DNA of 63,683 nt, the filler included, from Licmophora abbreviata (taxonomy: Eukaryota): the NCBI GenBank assembly GCA_900291995.1. It is 11 parts of 11 records of this genome, joined end to end, with 100 filler letters (N's around TTAATTAATTAA, not from the genome) between each part and the next. Parts side by side here need not be neighbours in the genome. Positions count along the whole stretch, not along the records: positions 39,029 to 51,096 come from OLMU01003233.1; positions 51,197 to 53,776 come from OLMU01003234.1; 9 more parts are not named here. The stretch is one strand, 5' to 3'. The first letter of the stretch is position 1. The number at the start of each line of letters is the position of its first letter. Below, piece after piece: positions 43,223 through 53,728 of this stretch. The translations under genes and the position numbers were made by a program. The notes under the pieces were generated by a model. That model ran no database searches and was not told the origin of the DNA. It saw only the letters and a program-made list of their open reading frames with translations.

Positions 43223-44599
43223 TTAGGCGGATATTCCTGTTTGCTCTTGCTGCGATCGTCGTGCCGCTCGTCTTGCTAGTTTTCGAGCGCGCTTGAGCTC
43301 CGCCGGAGACATGCTGGCTTCATCTAGAGGCTTCGCAATAGGAAGCTCAGCCTTTCTCTCTGTGGATCCATCAGACAGTCGGTTATCCGCCCTCTTCCGT
43401 ACATGCTCTTGATCGTCCACCATATTGTTGTAGGGTTGGGTCTTGCCCCGCTTCCCTTTTCGCTCCTCCCATGCCTCTGCGGAAGCGCGTTCATCGTCCA
43501 TCCTTGCATCAGACTGCAAGCTGACAGTTATCCGTTTATCTTTCCGGCTGATTTCCACCACTCGCGGGTTAACTATGTCGCCCTCGTTGACAGCATCGCC
43601 GATATTCTTCACAAAGTCGTCCCGGACGCGAGATACATGACAGAACGCGTCCGAATGACAACCGATATCAATGAAAGCCCCAAAAGCTTTGATATACACG
43701 ACCTTTCCTGGGTATCGCTCCCCAACGGCGAAATCCGTCACCGGCTTTCGCCCTATACAGCGACGTGTGTTACTCGAACTGATGCGTTGTGCATCCTGTA
43801 TGGCAGGCTCGACGCCCGGCTTACTAGTAGTGCCATTCTGAGGCGCGTGACTGGATTCTTTCACTTCCGTTCTCAGTGCCTCCTCGTCTTCTTTCTTGGA
43901 CGTCTCTTGTCGACCTCGACGACGCCGTCCTCGCTGTCGTGTAGTGACAAGCTCGTCAAGACTGACGTCGCTTTCCGAATCTGAGTCGTCCTTCACAGCA
44001 GCAGCATGAGTCGAGGATGTCACCATGGTGGCCACGGGGATGGTTTGAATCGTCGTCTCTATCTTCTCTGATCTTGGGAGCGTTTCTGGCGTTTTTTCGG
44101 CTGAGCGGTCAGGTTGACGACTCACCACCGAGCGATCCACAGGAACACGCATTCGCTTAGTGTTCGGCACTCTGGGGTCACGCGTTGACAGCTTTGACTT
44201 CCGCTGTTTGAAATCTGCCAGTTCTTTCGTCAATCTATCTCGTTCCTCATTATTTTCTTCTTCGAGCTGATCCAACTTTCGTTTCAAATGCTTCGGCTTT
44301 TTGACCTTGGGCTTTGTGTTCGCCGGTTTGGCGTGCGGATGTCGACTCGACGGTGTGCTGCGCTTGGGGTTTTGAAAGTTATTCCCAGGCTTGGATTTTT
44401 GATTTGTAGGCTTACCACGAGAACTCTTACTACTGCTGTGGCGTTCAGGCGACTTATTTGAACCACGAGAGGGTTGTGCCAGCGACTTGCCCTTCTTCTT
44501 CCCGTCTTTCGACTCTTTCTTCGACATCAGCGAACCTTCGGCCCCCGTGACACCGAGACGCTGCAATCGCCGTCTCTCTTTCGCCCCTTTACCGCCCAT
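43223..44599 (-). CDS. S1 RNA-binding domain protein with basic low-complexity N-terminus
   Basis: YPGKVVYIKAFGAFIDIGCHSDAFCHVS...VVEISRKDKRITVSL is an S1 domain. Confidence 0.88.
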   Translation of the reverse strand: MGGKGAKERRRLQRLGVTGAEGSLMSKKESKDGKKKGKSLAQPSRGSNKSPERHSSSKSSRGKPTNQKSKPGNNFQNPKRSTPSSRHPHAKPANTKPKVKKPKHLKRKLDQLEEENNEERDRLTKELADFKQRKSKLSTRDPRVPNTKRMRVPVDRSVVSRQPDRSAEKTPETLPRSEKIETTIQTIPVATMVTSSTHAAAVKDDSDSESDVSLDELVTTRQRGRRRRGRQETSKKEDEEALRTEVKESSHAPQNGTTSKPGVEPAIQDAQRISSSNTRRCIGRKPVTDFAVGERYPGKVVYIKAFGAFIDIGCHSDAFCHVSRVRDDFVKNIGDAVNEGDIVNPRVVEISRKDKRITVSLQSDARMDDERASAEAWEERKGKRGKTQPYNNMVDDQEHVRKRADNRLSDGSTERKAELPIAKPLDEASMSPAELKRARKLARRAARRSQQEQTGISA

Positions 44600-44873
44600 T
44601 TCACACGTTTTCTTCCGGTAGCAGTGTTACTTAACAACGATGGACTGTGAGCTTCACTTCAGCTCAAAGAACAAACTAAGATTGATGACGAGAGACGCGA
44701 GAGGGGGATTGAACGATGAGTGGTCGGTGTTGATCGGCGAAAAACTTGAGACTCTGTCATGATAAAATGAAAACGTCATAGAGGCTTAAAGACCTTCTGG
44801 ACTCAGGATGCCAATTTTGTGGACATATTCAACATGATGGCGGAAAACCGCTGCAGTCGCCGCTATCGGTACG

Positions 44874-46646
44874 ATGTTGCCGCGGCGTCGCCGATGGAAG
44901 CCTCAGTCACAGCCATGCAGCGCCAGCTTTTCGCTAAAGCCAGACTTGGAGACAGGAAGTGAAAACAAACCCACGAAGAAGCGTCGGAGGCGAAGGAAAC
45001 GACCAAGAACTACACCTTCCCAATGCCTATTGCCATGCTGCTCGCTCCTCATTACCATTGGCATGAGTTGGGCGCTAGTCCGTTTGTTCCCCGCTTCAGG
45101 GAGTGACCGGGGGAGTGCAAGTTTATCTATGTTCCTGTTGAGATTTTTGGACCTTTCATTCAAAATCCAGCAACACCAAAGTGATCTTCGGCATCTTGAG
45201 CTCTACGATCAAGTTTGGAAACTGGCGAAGAGTGATGGGCTTCCGAGTATCGGTCTACCGCAACATGGGCGTCGCCCATACAATCTCACTAGCGTATACG
45301 GCCAAAACATCATGCAGCGAGGTTGTAATCTCACAGTGGTATTCATGGATCCTCGTCTTGCTGTATTGGACCCTAGTCACGCGGCTTGGTACTCGCTCGA
45401 ATCGGTCGGTGCGTTTGCGCCCGATGCCTGCGTGCTTCTGCAAACAGGTAGGCATGACTCAATCTAATGGTATGCAAAGCATGTTCGCAGTACTGTTATC
45501 TCATGCCGATTTTTCTTCTCAGCTGCGTGTGTAGTAAAAGATCGTCTTGAAAACCAACTCGGTCCTGCCGCGTCCGAAGAAGCCATCGCGGCGGCGGTAG
45601 CGACGAACGTGTATGACTACTCTCTTCCTCTCTTTCGAACAATGATTGAGAAAGGAAGGGTACGACTCACATTTCCAAGTCATACCAAGGTAAGCGTACA
45701 CAGTGGCTGGAGGGTTCGAATCGCTTTCTTGACTGCGCTTCTCATATCCGCAAAGTACAATCTGAACTCGTGCTCCGACTTCGGAAATCCATCGGCCGCC
45801 TTGATGAATGTGAACTATTGGAAAGATGAGTTCATAGAGAATGTCGACAATGATCATGTTCTTATCATACAGGATGATGCTGTGCTCTGTCACCACTTGA
45901 ACGCTTCGGCGTGGCGTGACTTTGCATACGTTGGCGCCGTGTGGCCAAAGGAAGCCAACCCACTTTCACCTGTTCCTCCAGAAGGGATGTGCCGAGGCAT
46001 GCCCGGACGCTGGAATACCTTTACACTAGCACAGAGGCGATGGGAGCGACAACAGATGCGAAATACTGAAACGACCGCTTTGAAGAGGCAGTATCATCGA
46101 CCCGACGTACTGGTCAACACGAGCTTTCCTCGGATGTGCGAGAACGGTGTCTCTCCTATCGGCAACGGGGGTCTTTCGTTACGGCAGCGCTCGTGGCTTA
46201 TACGAGCTATTGAAACTTGTCCACACGATCACTTTTCTGGTCTGAACACGTCCGGTACTCATCAGGCTTGCTCGGTAATCGAAGCGATCAATGAAGACTT
46301 CTATTTTGGGACAGTGCTCCGTGCTATTGGAGCGAAACTACCTTCAGCGTACGTTGCTTCACTCTTTGCGACCGAAATGATCTGGCCAGAACAGGCAACA
46401 CAACTATACGGCAAAATGGTCGAACCAGATCAATCGAGCGAAGCACTTCACCGTATTCATCACGATGGAAGCATAATAACGATACCTGTTGGACTACATA
46501 AGCCATGGTGGTATCAGCCGAACCAGCTTTTACAGTCGGATGCCATGGCGCACGAGTGCCCGTTCCTCAAGTACATTTTTGACCCGACCCAGTCCAAATG
46601 GACAGAATTTCAAGAGAGTGCTCCTTGGATTGGGACTGGTCACTAG
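44874..46646 (+). CDS. DUF5672-like (glycosyltransferase-like) type II membrane protein; introns ~45447-45522 and 45690-45755
   Basis: N-terminal TM; LIIQDDAVLC, FAYVGAVW, GNGGLSLR and EDFYF motifs. Confidence 0.8.
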
Positions 46647-46886
46647 AGAGTAGGAGCTGTAGTACACGAGAGCAAGTAATACAGTGGCATTCACACTAAA
46701 TCATCTAACTTAAAGGGCATGGAAGCCAACAATCAAAAGGTGGACACAGGTAACACATACAATATGTAGCTAGCCCCAGAACTCCACAGTCGGGGTAGCG
46801 AGGTCGTCGCAAGAGTTTCTTATGCGATACGGCAGCCTTTGCGGCTTCTATAAACTCTTCCCAAGTGCACCAAGCATGCCTGTCAC

Positions 46887-48505
46887 TTAGGCAATCTGTC
46901 TCGTCTCGACTTCCTCGTCGTCCTCGGCACTGCTGCTTGAAACACCAGGTGGAATGGTAGTTGCCCCAGTCATCTGCGCCTCTTTGCCGATCCAAGCGCT
47001 TGGACCCTGTGGGCCGTCTCCCGAGCCAGATGACGCGATGACGCTTCCTTTTCCCTGCTTCGTTGAGGAGAGAGGGACGACAACAGGCCTCGGTTAGACG
47101 TCAGATTTATCGTTCATCACTAACGAACAGTACACACTATGCAACATACCGCCTTGTGCGGATCATCGTGCCCAGGAGGATGCACATGATGATCGAGAAC
47201 AACCTGGTCCTCCGCGTCCGTGCAGCCATGCGTGACATGCATAAACTTGACGCTCTTTGCCCACCTTACCAGACGCACACCCAATCGAGACAGCGAGCTT
47301 CGTCGCTTCTGCCATCGAGCCGCTACAGCACGTTGAATGCGCTTCGAAGCTTCCGAAGAAGCGTCTGGTCCATGCGACAGCGATTGTTTTTCTTCGTTTG
47401 AGGCTCTCAGCAAATCTTCGATGGAGTTGACATTGTCGCTGTCGACGGCGCGAGTGCGCTGTCGATTCGCAACAAGGACGACACGAGGGGTGAACTCATT
47501 CGACTGACCTGGTGAAAGATGCGCCTCCTTGGTGGGAACGAGCTTGACGTGGCCCACCTGCATCCTAGCTTCCTTGATACGGTTTAGCGTAATAACCCAG
47601 TCCATTGCGCTCGCCTTGGTTTCGGCTCGAAGACTGTAGGGTCGGTCGGCGACTTGAATGGAGAACATGCAGGCGGTAGAATCGGATGGGTCAATACCAA
47701 TTGTACCAACCTTGCAGAGATCTAGAGAGGCAAGCATCTTGCTACGCGCTTCAGACTTGTAGTACGAAAGACTTTCCCCGTCCGACTCGAAGAAGCGTCT
47801 CTGCCATTTCCCATTCCGACTAAACTTATGGAGGTAGCCGCAAATGAGGGGACGGCCAGCTGCTTCCCACATTTCCGCCTCAGAGATATCCCGATCCACA
47901 TGATGAATCATGTGCACGCCACGCGTTGGGTCGACACCATTGTCTCTTGACGAAAGGCGTTTCTGTAGAAAAAGAATGAAAGGCGATGCGTGGTACGTTA
48001 GCCATTCGACATGCACGTGGGTCATTAACAGCAGTGGATCGCACCAAGGAAACACAAGATCCTATATAAAACGTACTCTCGTTTTCTGGATGAATCTCTC
48101 GAACGAAGACGGATACGGCTGGTCCTCTGGCGTGTTCTGGGAAGAATCGCCAGTCAGAGAAGACGCTGGGTCGGTGTCATCGTCCCGATACGAGCGATTC
48201 TGTACTTCTGGACGCGGCTGCGCTGTCAGCGTAGTCTGCAATGTCGTCGTCTGATGTTGCCCGACTCGTGTTCGTTCCTGCTCTTGCATCTGACGTTCGA
48301 GTGCATCCAATCCGAGAGCAACACCTGCTGCGCCGTCAATTTCCGGGCGAGTCGGACTCGCCGAAGCAGACTTCGTAGGCTGTGGTGTGGTTGCGACGCT
48401 CGGAGGAGGGGTCGTCGCGGGACGGACGGGAGACGCCGGCGCCGTCCCAGACTGACTGGATGGACCGTCGCCAGCGAGATTGGTCGTGGTGCTGTTTGAT
48501 GGCAT
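46887..48505 (-). CDS. PH-domain protein, about 3 exons; splice phase and stop of the last exon uncertain
   Basis: ICGYLHKFSRNGKWQRRFFE..LSYYK..YSLRAETKASAMDWVITLN is a PH domain. GTACGT and GTATGT donors at ~48075 and 47149. Confidence 0.8.
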
Positions 48506-49456
48506 GTTCAGTGTGAGCGCGTGTCACTGAAACAAAGGTGCGAAAAAAGCTGTGCGAAGGCTTTCGCAGTCCGTGTTGTCTCAGTGGTCGAGACTGGGTG
48601 TGGAATTTCGGTATGCTTTCCCCAGTCGCCTTGGGGGAAAAGATCTCAATGTTTTTTGCAGTCGTGACACAGGACTGGTCGTGAGGATATGCCGTGAGAT
48701 GTGGGACTTATTGTTGTTCCCGCGTTATTCACAACCGCGCCCACAACAAGCTTCTTCTAGAGACTCCTGAGGCTCTCCAATCACTAGAGCAGTGTTGAAA
48801 TCGTGGGAAATCGAAGCAAAAGCAAAGATGAAGGCAATAAATTCAACAGGCATTGACGATTACTATGTCTGTTCGCCTTAAACACCGCCGGCTTGTCGCG
48901 TCGTTCGTCGCTCGTCATGAGCTTCATGCGCTTGGCGACTCCAAAACCTCGAGTCGTGTCGTGCCATCCATTGACTGACTCCTAGAAATTGACAGAGGTC
49001 GACTCCGTTGTCATGTGCTCAGTCCTAATTAGAGATGTCGATAACGTTCTCTGCTCAATAAATAGTTTTGAAAATATGCATAAACAGACACGACTTTTGA
49101 TATGACGCCAAAATTGCGCGCGCTCACAACTTTGGCTTTTCAAATGACATCTTCGACCAGACCCGAGTTCCGTGTAAACCAGCGATATGCTCTTTTCTGT
49201 GTCCGTTAACTGATGGAGATAGGTGGGAAAATAGGACGGGATGGAATGGGTTGAATGACGGCGAAGTCTGCTTACTGAATTGAGAAGCCACTGAGCAATC
49301 GGTGGATTCCACCGCCAACGACGACGAAGTACTCTACAGGGGCTGTTCGGAATAATCAGTGTGAAGCAACTTCGGTTGTATTACATACCCTAGTTATTTG
49401 CGTGTTCAACAACATATCAGCAAGTGCATTTTTTAGTTTAGTCGTAGGTCTGTTCT

Positions 49457-50762
49457 TCATGCCTCATCAAGATCGTCAACGTGGCACACGCAACCTTTCG
49501 TTTCCGCCTTCCATTGTTCGACATCTTTAGCGAATGTCTGGCTTACGATCAACGGGAACGCAAACGATGCGTCAGCGCTTACCTTGACAGGCTTTGCAGT
49601 AACGCGGATCTTGCCCCAGCTCACGGCCTCGTCGGGCGACGCGCCACTATCACTTCCGTCAAACTCTTGGCCTGTATTGACGTACACCGAGTAGTCGGCA
49701 CCATTTCGCATGAGATTGGCATTACACGTGTGGTGCTTGACCAGACCACCACCCAAGATGATCTGTCCGGTTGCATGACTCCGAACCGCTAGGTCGTTGA
49801 TACGTCGAATGTCCTCCGCGATATCCAATACAAGGCCAGGGCGTTTGTACGAATGAAAATACAGCATGTCGCCGACGCTGCCATCCGTAAGCGCTGGACA
49901 AAACACTGGGATATCATTCTTGGCTGCCCAGTATAAGACGCTATCTTCGTTGTCAATTTCTCTTCCAAGGCGATGAATCATTCTTGACGGTGTCCAATGG
50001 AACTTTTCTGGTGGGCTGCAGTCCTCCCCGGACCTCTTGTGCGCAAGGAACTGTTCCGCCCACACTTCACATTGCTCATCTTGTTCGTCGTGCATCTTGT
50101 GAAGGATCGGTGCAACCCAGTCTTCAAACTGACAATAGTTTTTGTTTGGTACAAGTAAATTACCGATTCGATTGATACCCTTCTTTCTCAATTCCGTCCC
50201 GCGTAGCTTGAAGTCTCCCATATATGTCGGTTGAAAGCACTTGATGAGATCTTCCTCGATTCCGCCTGCTGTAGTGACAATGACGTCCACCATGTTGTGC
50301 TTAGCCAGAAACTTGATGACTTCACGCTGCCCGCAAGAAATTTGGTTTGAGGTGTACCCAAAAAAGATCCGGGCACGAATTCGTCTTCGCACTTGCAGCG
50401 ACTTCAACGAAGGGTCGTCGCTCTCGTTCCATTCGACCGAGCTCAAGCGCCACTTTCGCAATTCGCGAATCCGATCTACGGCAAGAGCCAAGTTCGTAGC
50501 CTGAAAGCCCGTTGTTCCTCATGGAGTTCATGATGTCGTCGAGCAGTCTCGACTCGTCAAAGTCATGTCCACGGCACTGAGGAGTGCCTTCGGGCATGTC
50601 GGCAGACTCTCCCAATACGGCTGACGCTGACACTGAGGGGATGTGAGGGTTGGCGCTAACAGCCGAGTCCACTGCCAGTGGCTTGGACTCGAGTATGATC
50701 TGCTTCCCATCACTTGCGTCTTCCAAGGACGTTCCAACGTTTGCAATGCTGTTGTTCGTCAT
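49457..50762 (-). CDS. DHPS: Deoxyhypusine synthase; apparent +1 frameshift at ~50515-50518
   Basis: [71 protein letters not shown]. The N-terminal [14 protein letters not shown] lies in the adjacent frame. Confidence 0.96.
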
Positions 50763-51196
50763 TGTCGTAGTGTCATGTACCACGGTAATAAGATCAGAAT
50801 GTCTCGAGTCAATCGCATTTTGTTCTGTCTTGCAGAAAGGTTTGTGCGGTCTGGCAGCATCGTGGCCTTCCGTCTGTCCGACATGAATTTGCGCCCGCCA
50901 TCGCTTGCGGTGTGTTGAAGTTGAAGATCGCGAGCCAGCCGGTCGACCACAAACATCATTTTTGGAATGCACCCACAATCTCTTTCTTCCATGGTGACGA
51001 TCGAGATTGTTAGACCCGCCTTCTTCGAACGCCGCCTTCACTCTGCACCACAAACGTAGGATGAAGACTGTACATTCACCAATATCACTGATACTCNNNN
51101 NNNNNNNNNNNNNNNNNNNNNNNNNNNNNNNNNNNNNNNNTTAATTAATTAANNNNNNNNNNNNNNNNNNNNNNNNNNNNNNNNNNNNNNNNNNNN

Positions 51197-51598
51197 GGTA
51201 CTCCTGCAGCGTCTTTGTCGACGTCGTCTGAGCGATCGGCATCGGTCAATAAACAATCTGACAGTGCGTCATCGCGTCGTCGATTCGTTCATCGGGCAGC
51301 CGCAGCAGCAGCAGCACCATTCATTCTATCGCCACTTGCTGCTCAAGCTCTCCAAGATAAGAATGAGGCATTGTGCAACACAGGTTTTTTTACGAATATA
51401 TGGCAGTACAAATGCACTGACATTGGAGATATCGAGGACGAGGGACTGGCCAAAGGGCTCACGACTTCAGAGGAGAGTGCAACAGACTCCTTGATGGGGA
51501 AACTCGTGGAAACAAAGGAGACGAGTCACAGTGATACTATTCGAGAAAGTGATCAGACAGCGGGAACAGATGGCGTGTCTGGAACTGTTCCCAGGTAG
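51197..51598 (+). CDS. Putative Tat-targeted thylakoid lumen small protein; 5' end lost in the gap
   Basis: SSRRRF + hydrophobic stretch + AQA cleavage site, then LQDKNEALCNTGFFTNIWQYKCTDIGDI with two Cys. Confidence 0.65.
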   Translation, partial: GTPAASLSTSSERSASVNKQSDSASSRRRFVHRAAAAAAAPFILSPLAAQALQDKNEALCNTGFFTNIWQYKCTDIGDIEDEGLAKGLTTSEESATDSLMGKLVETKETSHSDTIRESDQTAGTDGVSGTVPR

Positions 51599-52226
51599 AA
51601 TTACAATTCGTGACACATTCGTCGACCGTCGACACATCAAGGCCAAGTCGCTTCCCACTGCAGCTGCTGGTTGGGTATAATTCGCCGGTGGCAGAGTCAT
51701 GTGAATTTTGCGACTCCTGTTGTTGCGGCTTATAGTCATGGGAAGCGCTTCTGGTGCAGTGTCCTTCTCCATACACGAGGTCGCAAGGGATGCAAAAAAT
51801 ATTGAGAGGCGAACCAAATACAGGAAGCCACCGACGACGACATGCAGCACCATACGAAATACACCACAGAACCACAACTTCACCCGGAAATAGGAAATGG
51901 AGACCGACATGCTGAAATACGAGTGCGAGCAGCCTTAGTCGGCACAAACGACCTGATTGCGTCACTCAGACCGAACAAGTGCACGAAGAAAAATCAACAA
52001 CTGAATGCGTCTGAGTGGGTTAGCTAGAATTTGTGTGCCACCTCTCCTACCAAAGAGATCCCATATCTAACAACATCATACCCGCAGATCGCACAATAGT
52101 AGGAAGTCGCCGGTAAGGCCCTCGTATGCGTTCTTGTTGCAACTCTAAAGCTATTTCCTTATCCCGGCTGAAATATTCGTGTTGTATCTGGGCTTGTTTC
52201 GTCGCGATACCACCGCTTTTAAACAG

Positions 52227-53183
52227 TCATGAAATGGAATGGGTAGCAAGTCCGAACATGGCCAGTGAAACCATCCATAAACAGGCCACGCTGCCGGTAA
52301 TGGAGGGGATATGCGCAGGTGCAGAACTCGTCGCATTCGAAGTCACATTCTCGACGACCTGTACATTCTCGACCTGTATATTCTCGAAAAGTGCATCACG
52401 CCAATGAACTTCTGTAGTTCTGGATCCATCTGTCCTGAGGAATGACACTTTGCGTGGCCCCAACACCGTCCCGCCGTCACGTTGAGGACACGAAGCGGGG
52501 ACTTCACTCTGCGGTAACCATCGGCCGGGGCGATCTTCGAACGCAAAATCGAGAGTCCAACGACCATCATTCTTGCGATCCAGCCACAGCTCCAGCCTGA
52601 CGGCATCGTCATGATCCAAAGTTACCACTCGAAACCGCAATCCAATCCATTGGCTGAGCGGAATACCCCCTGGGATACACGGGACTCGAACCGTTAGAGC
52701 ATAGATAGTACCACTTCCATCCGACGCATGATAGTACTCCTTGAGAAAAGTGCATTCTCCAGTGATACGATACAGCCGAGCATAGTACCCGAAGGCGTCA
52801 CAGCCGTCACGTTTGAACATGTCGTGATTAGATCGTGCGGCCAGCGTAAAGCCACTGTAGCTTTTCAGTTCGCTCCCATCACTGACGAAGTTTGCATACG
52901 CTTGCAGCTGGACGTTCTCCCAGCCCAATCCGGGGTGGCTTACATATAGACGTGGCGCTTCACCAGTAAAGTTTGCAATTCCATTTCCCAAGGCTATTAG
53001 TCCAACGCCCCGCATTGTCGTACGATTGTCGAGTGGATCCATCTGAAGTGCCGAATCGAGAGTGCGGACGGAACCCAGCCAATTGCTCCTCCAGTCGCTT
53101 GCGTTGCTTTGCGCTGTACATGTTGCGACGTAGAACGAAAGCAGTGCGAAGAGCAAACGGGCTGTAGGGTGTAAACGCGGCAT
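52227..53183 (-). CDS. Secreted, probably GPI-anchored beta-sandwich (concanavalin/polysaccharide-lyase-like) protein
   Basis: Signal peptide LLFALLSFYVATCTA; beta-rich core with PRLYV, ARSNH, GYYAR, FLKEYYH, WIGLRF, LELWLD; S/A-rich omega region and hydrophobic C-terminus. Confidence 0.75.
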   Translation of the reverse strand: MPRLHPTARLLFALLSFYVATCTAQSNASDWRSNWLGSVRTLDSALQMDPLDNRTTMRGVGLIALGNGIANFTGEAPRLYVSHPGLGWENVQLQAYANFVSDGSELKSYSGFTLAARSNHDMFKRDGCDAFGYYARLYRITGECTFLKEYYHASDGSGTIYALTVRVPCIPGGIPLSQWIGLRFRVVTLDHDDAVRLELWLDRKNDGRWTLDFAFEDRPGRWLPQSEVPASCPQRDGGTVLGPRKVSFLRTDGSRTTEVHWRDALFENIQVENVQVVENVTSNATSSAPAHIPSITGSVACLWMVSLAMFGLATHSIS

Positions 53184-53728
53184 TAGTGTTGCTGGGGTGC
53201 GGCGCCATCACTGTCATGGATTAGCGTGTGCCAGCTTTGTTGAATGTCGTCCGAATGATGAATGACCGCGGCAAATTGAAAATATGGAGGTACGAGTAAT
53301 ACGATGACCCAGCCGCCGAAACAAGAATGAGATTAAGTTGGCGATGCTTCATGCCTCCAACTTTGAATCCTTGACCCGCCCAAGGCCAAGCAAAGTAAAC
53401 CAGGACCGACAAATAGAGCGCGATTGTGATTAATCGCTGTACTCGTATGTCAGTCAGCACCATCGACGGCTGCACCGCGATGCCATCATTGTGACTCGCG
53501 CGGTGCACGCGTTCACTGTTTTGGCGCGTTGTACCGGTATTGCCAATGAGCCCGCATAGACTGTACCTTGCGAGGCTATTGTATAGCTAGGCAATACAGA
53601 GTACAAATTGGTTCTCAGTAGTATGCCAGGTAGACCGTTGGTTTTATGTACGGGTGGCGTGTCGGGGCTCCGACCAAGGACCCTAGAGTATATAGGGCGC
53701 TTTCTTTTGATAGCTACAACTGCCTCCT

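Noticed and set aside
46705..46995. 96-aa ORF as the last exon of the PH protein
   Set aside because: An alternative frame (PVVVPLSS...DDEEVETRQIA*, stop at 46887) looks more protein-like; the splice phase cannot be resolved without transcripts.
3587..50762. Functional clustering of eIF5 with deoxyhypusine synthase
   Set aside because: DHS modifies eIF5A, an unrelated protein; the genes are also ~45 kb and several joins apart.
51600..52220. Short ORFs between the lumen protein and the secreted protein (also 53221-53508, 1952-2173, 6405-6882, 41093-41389)
   Set aside because: Mostly non-ATG starts, no recognisable motifs, and positions consistent with UTR or intergenic DNA.
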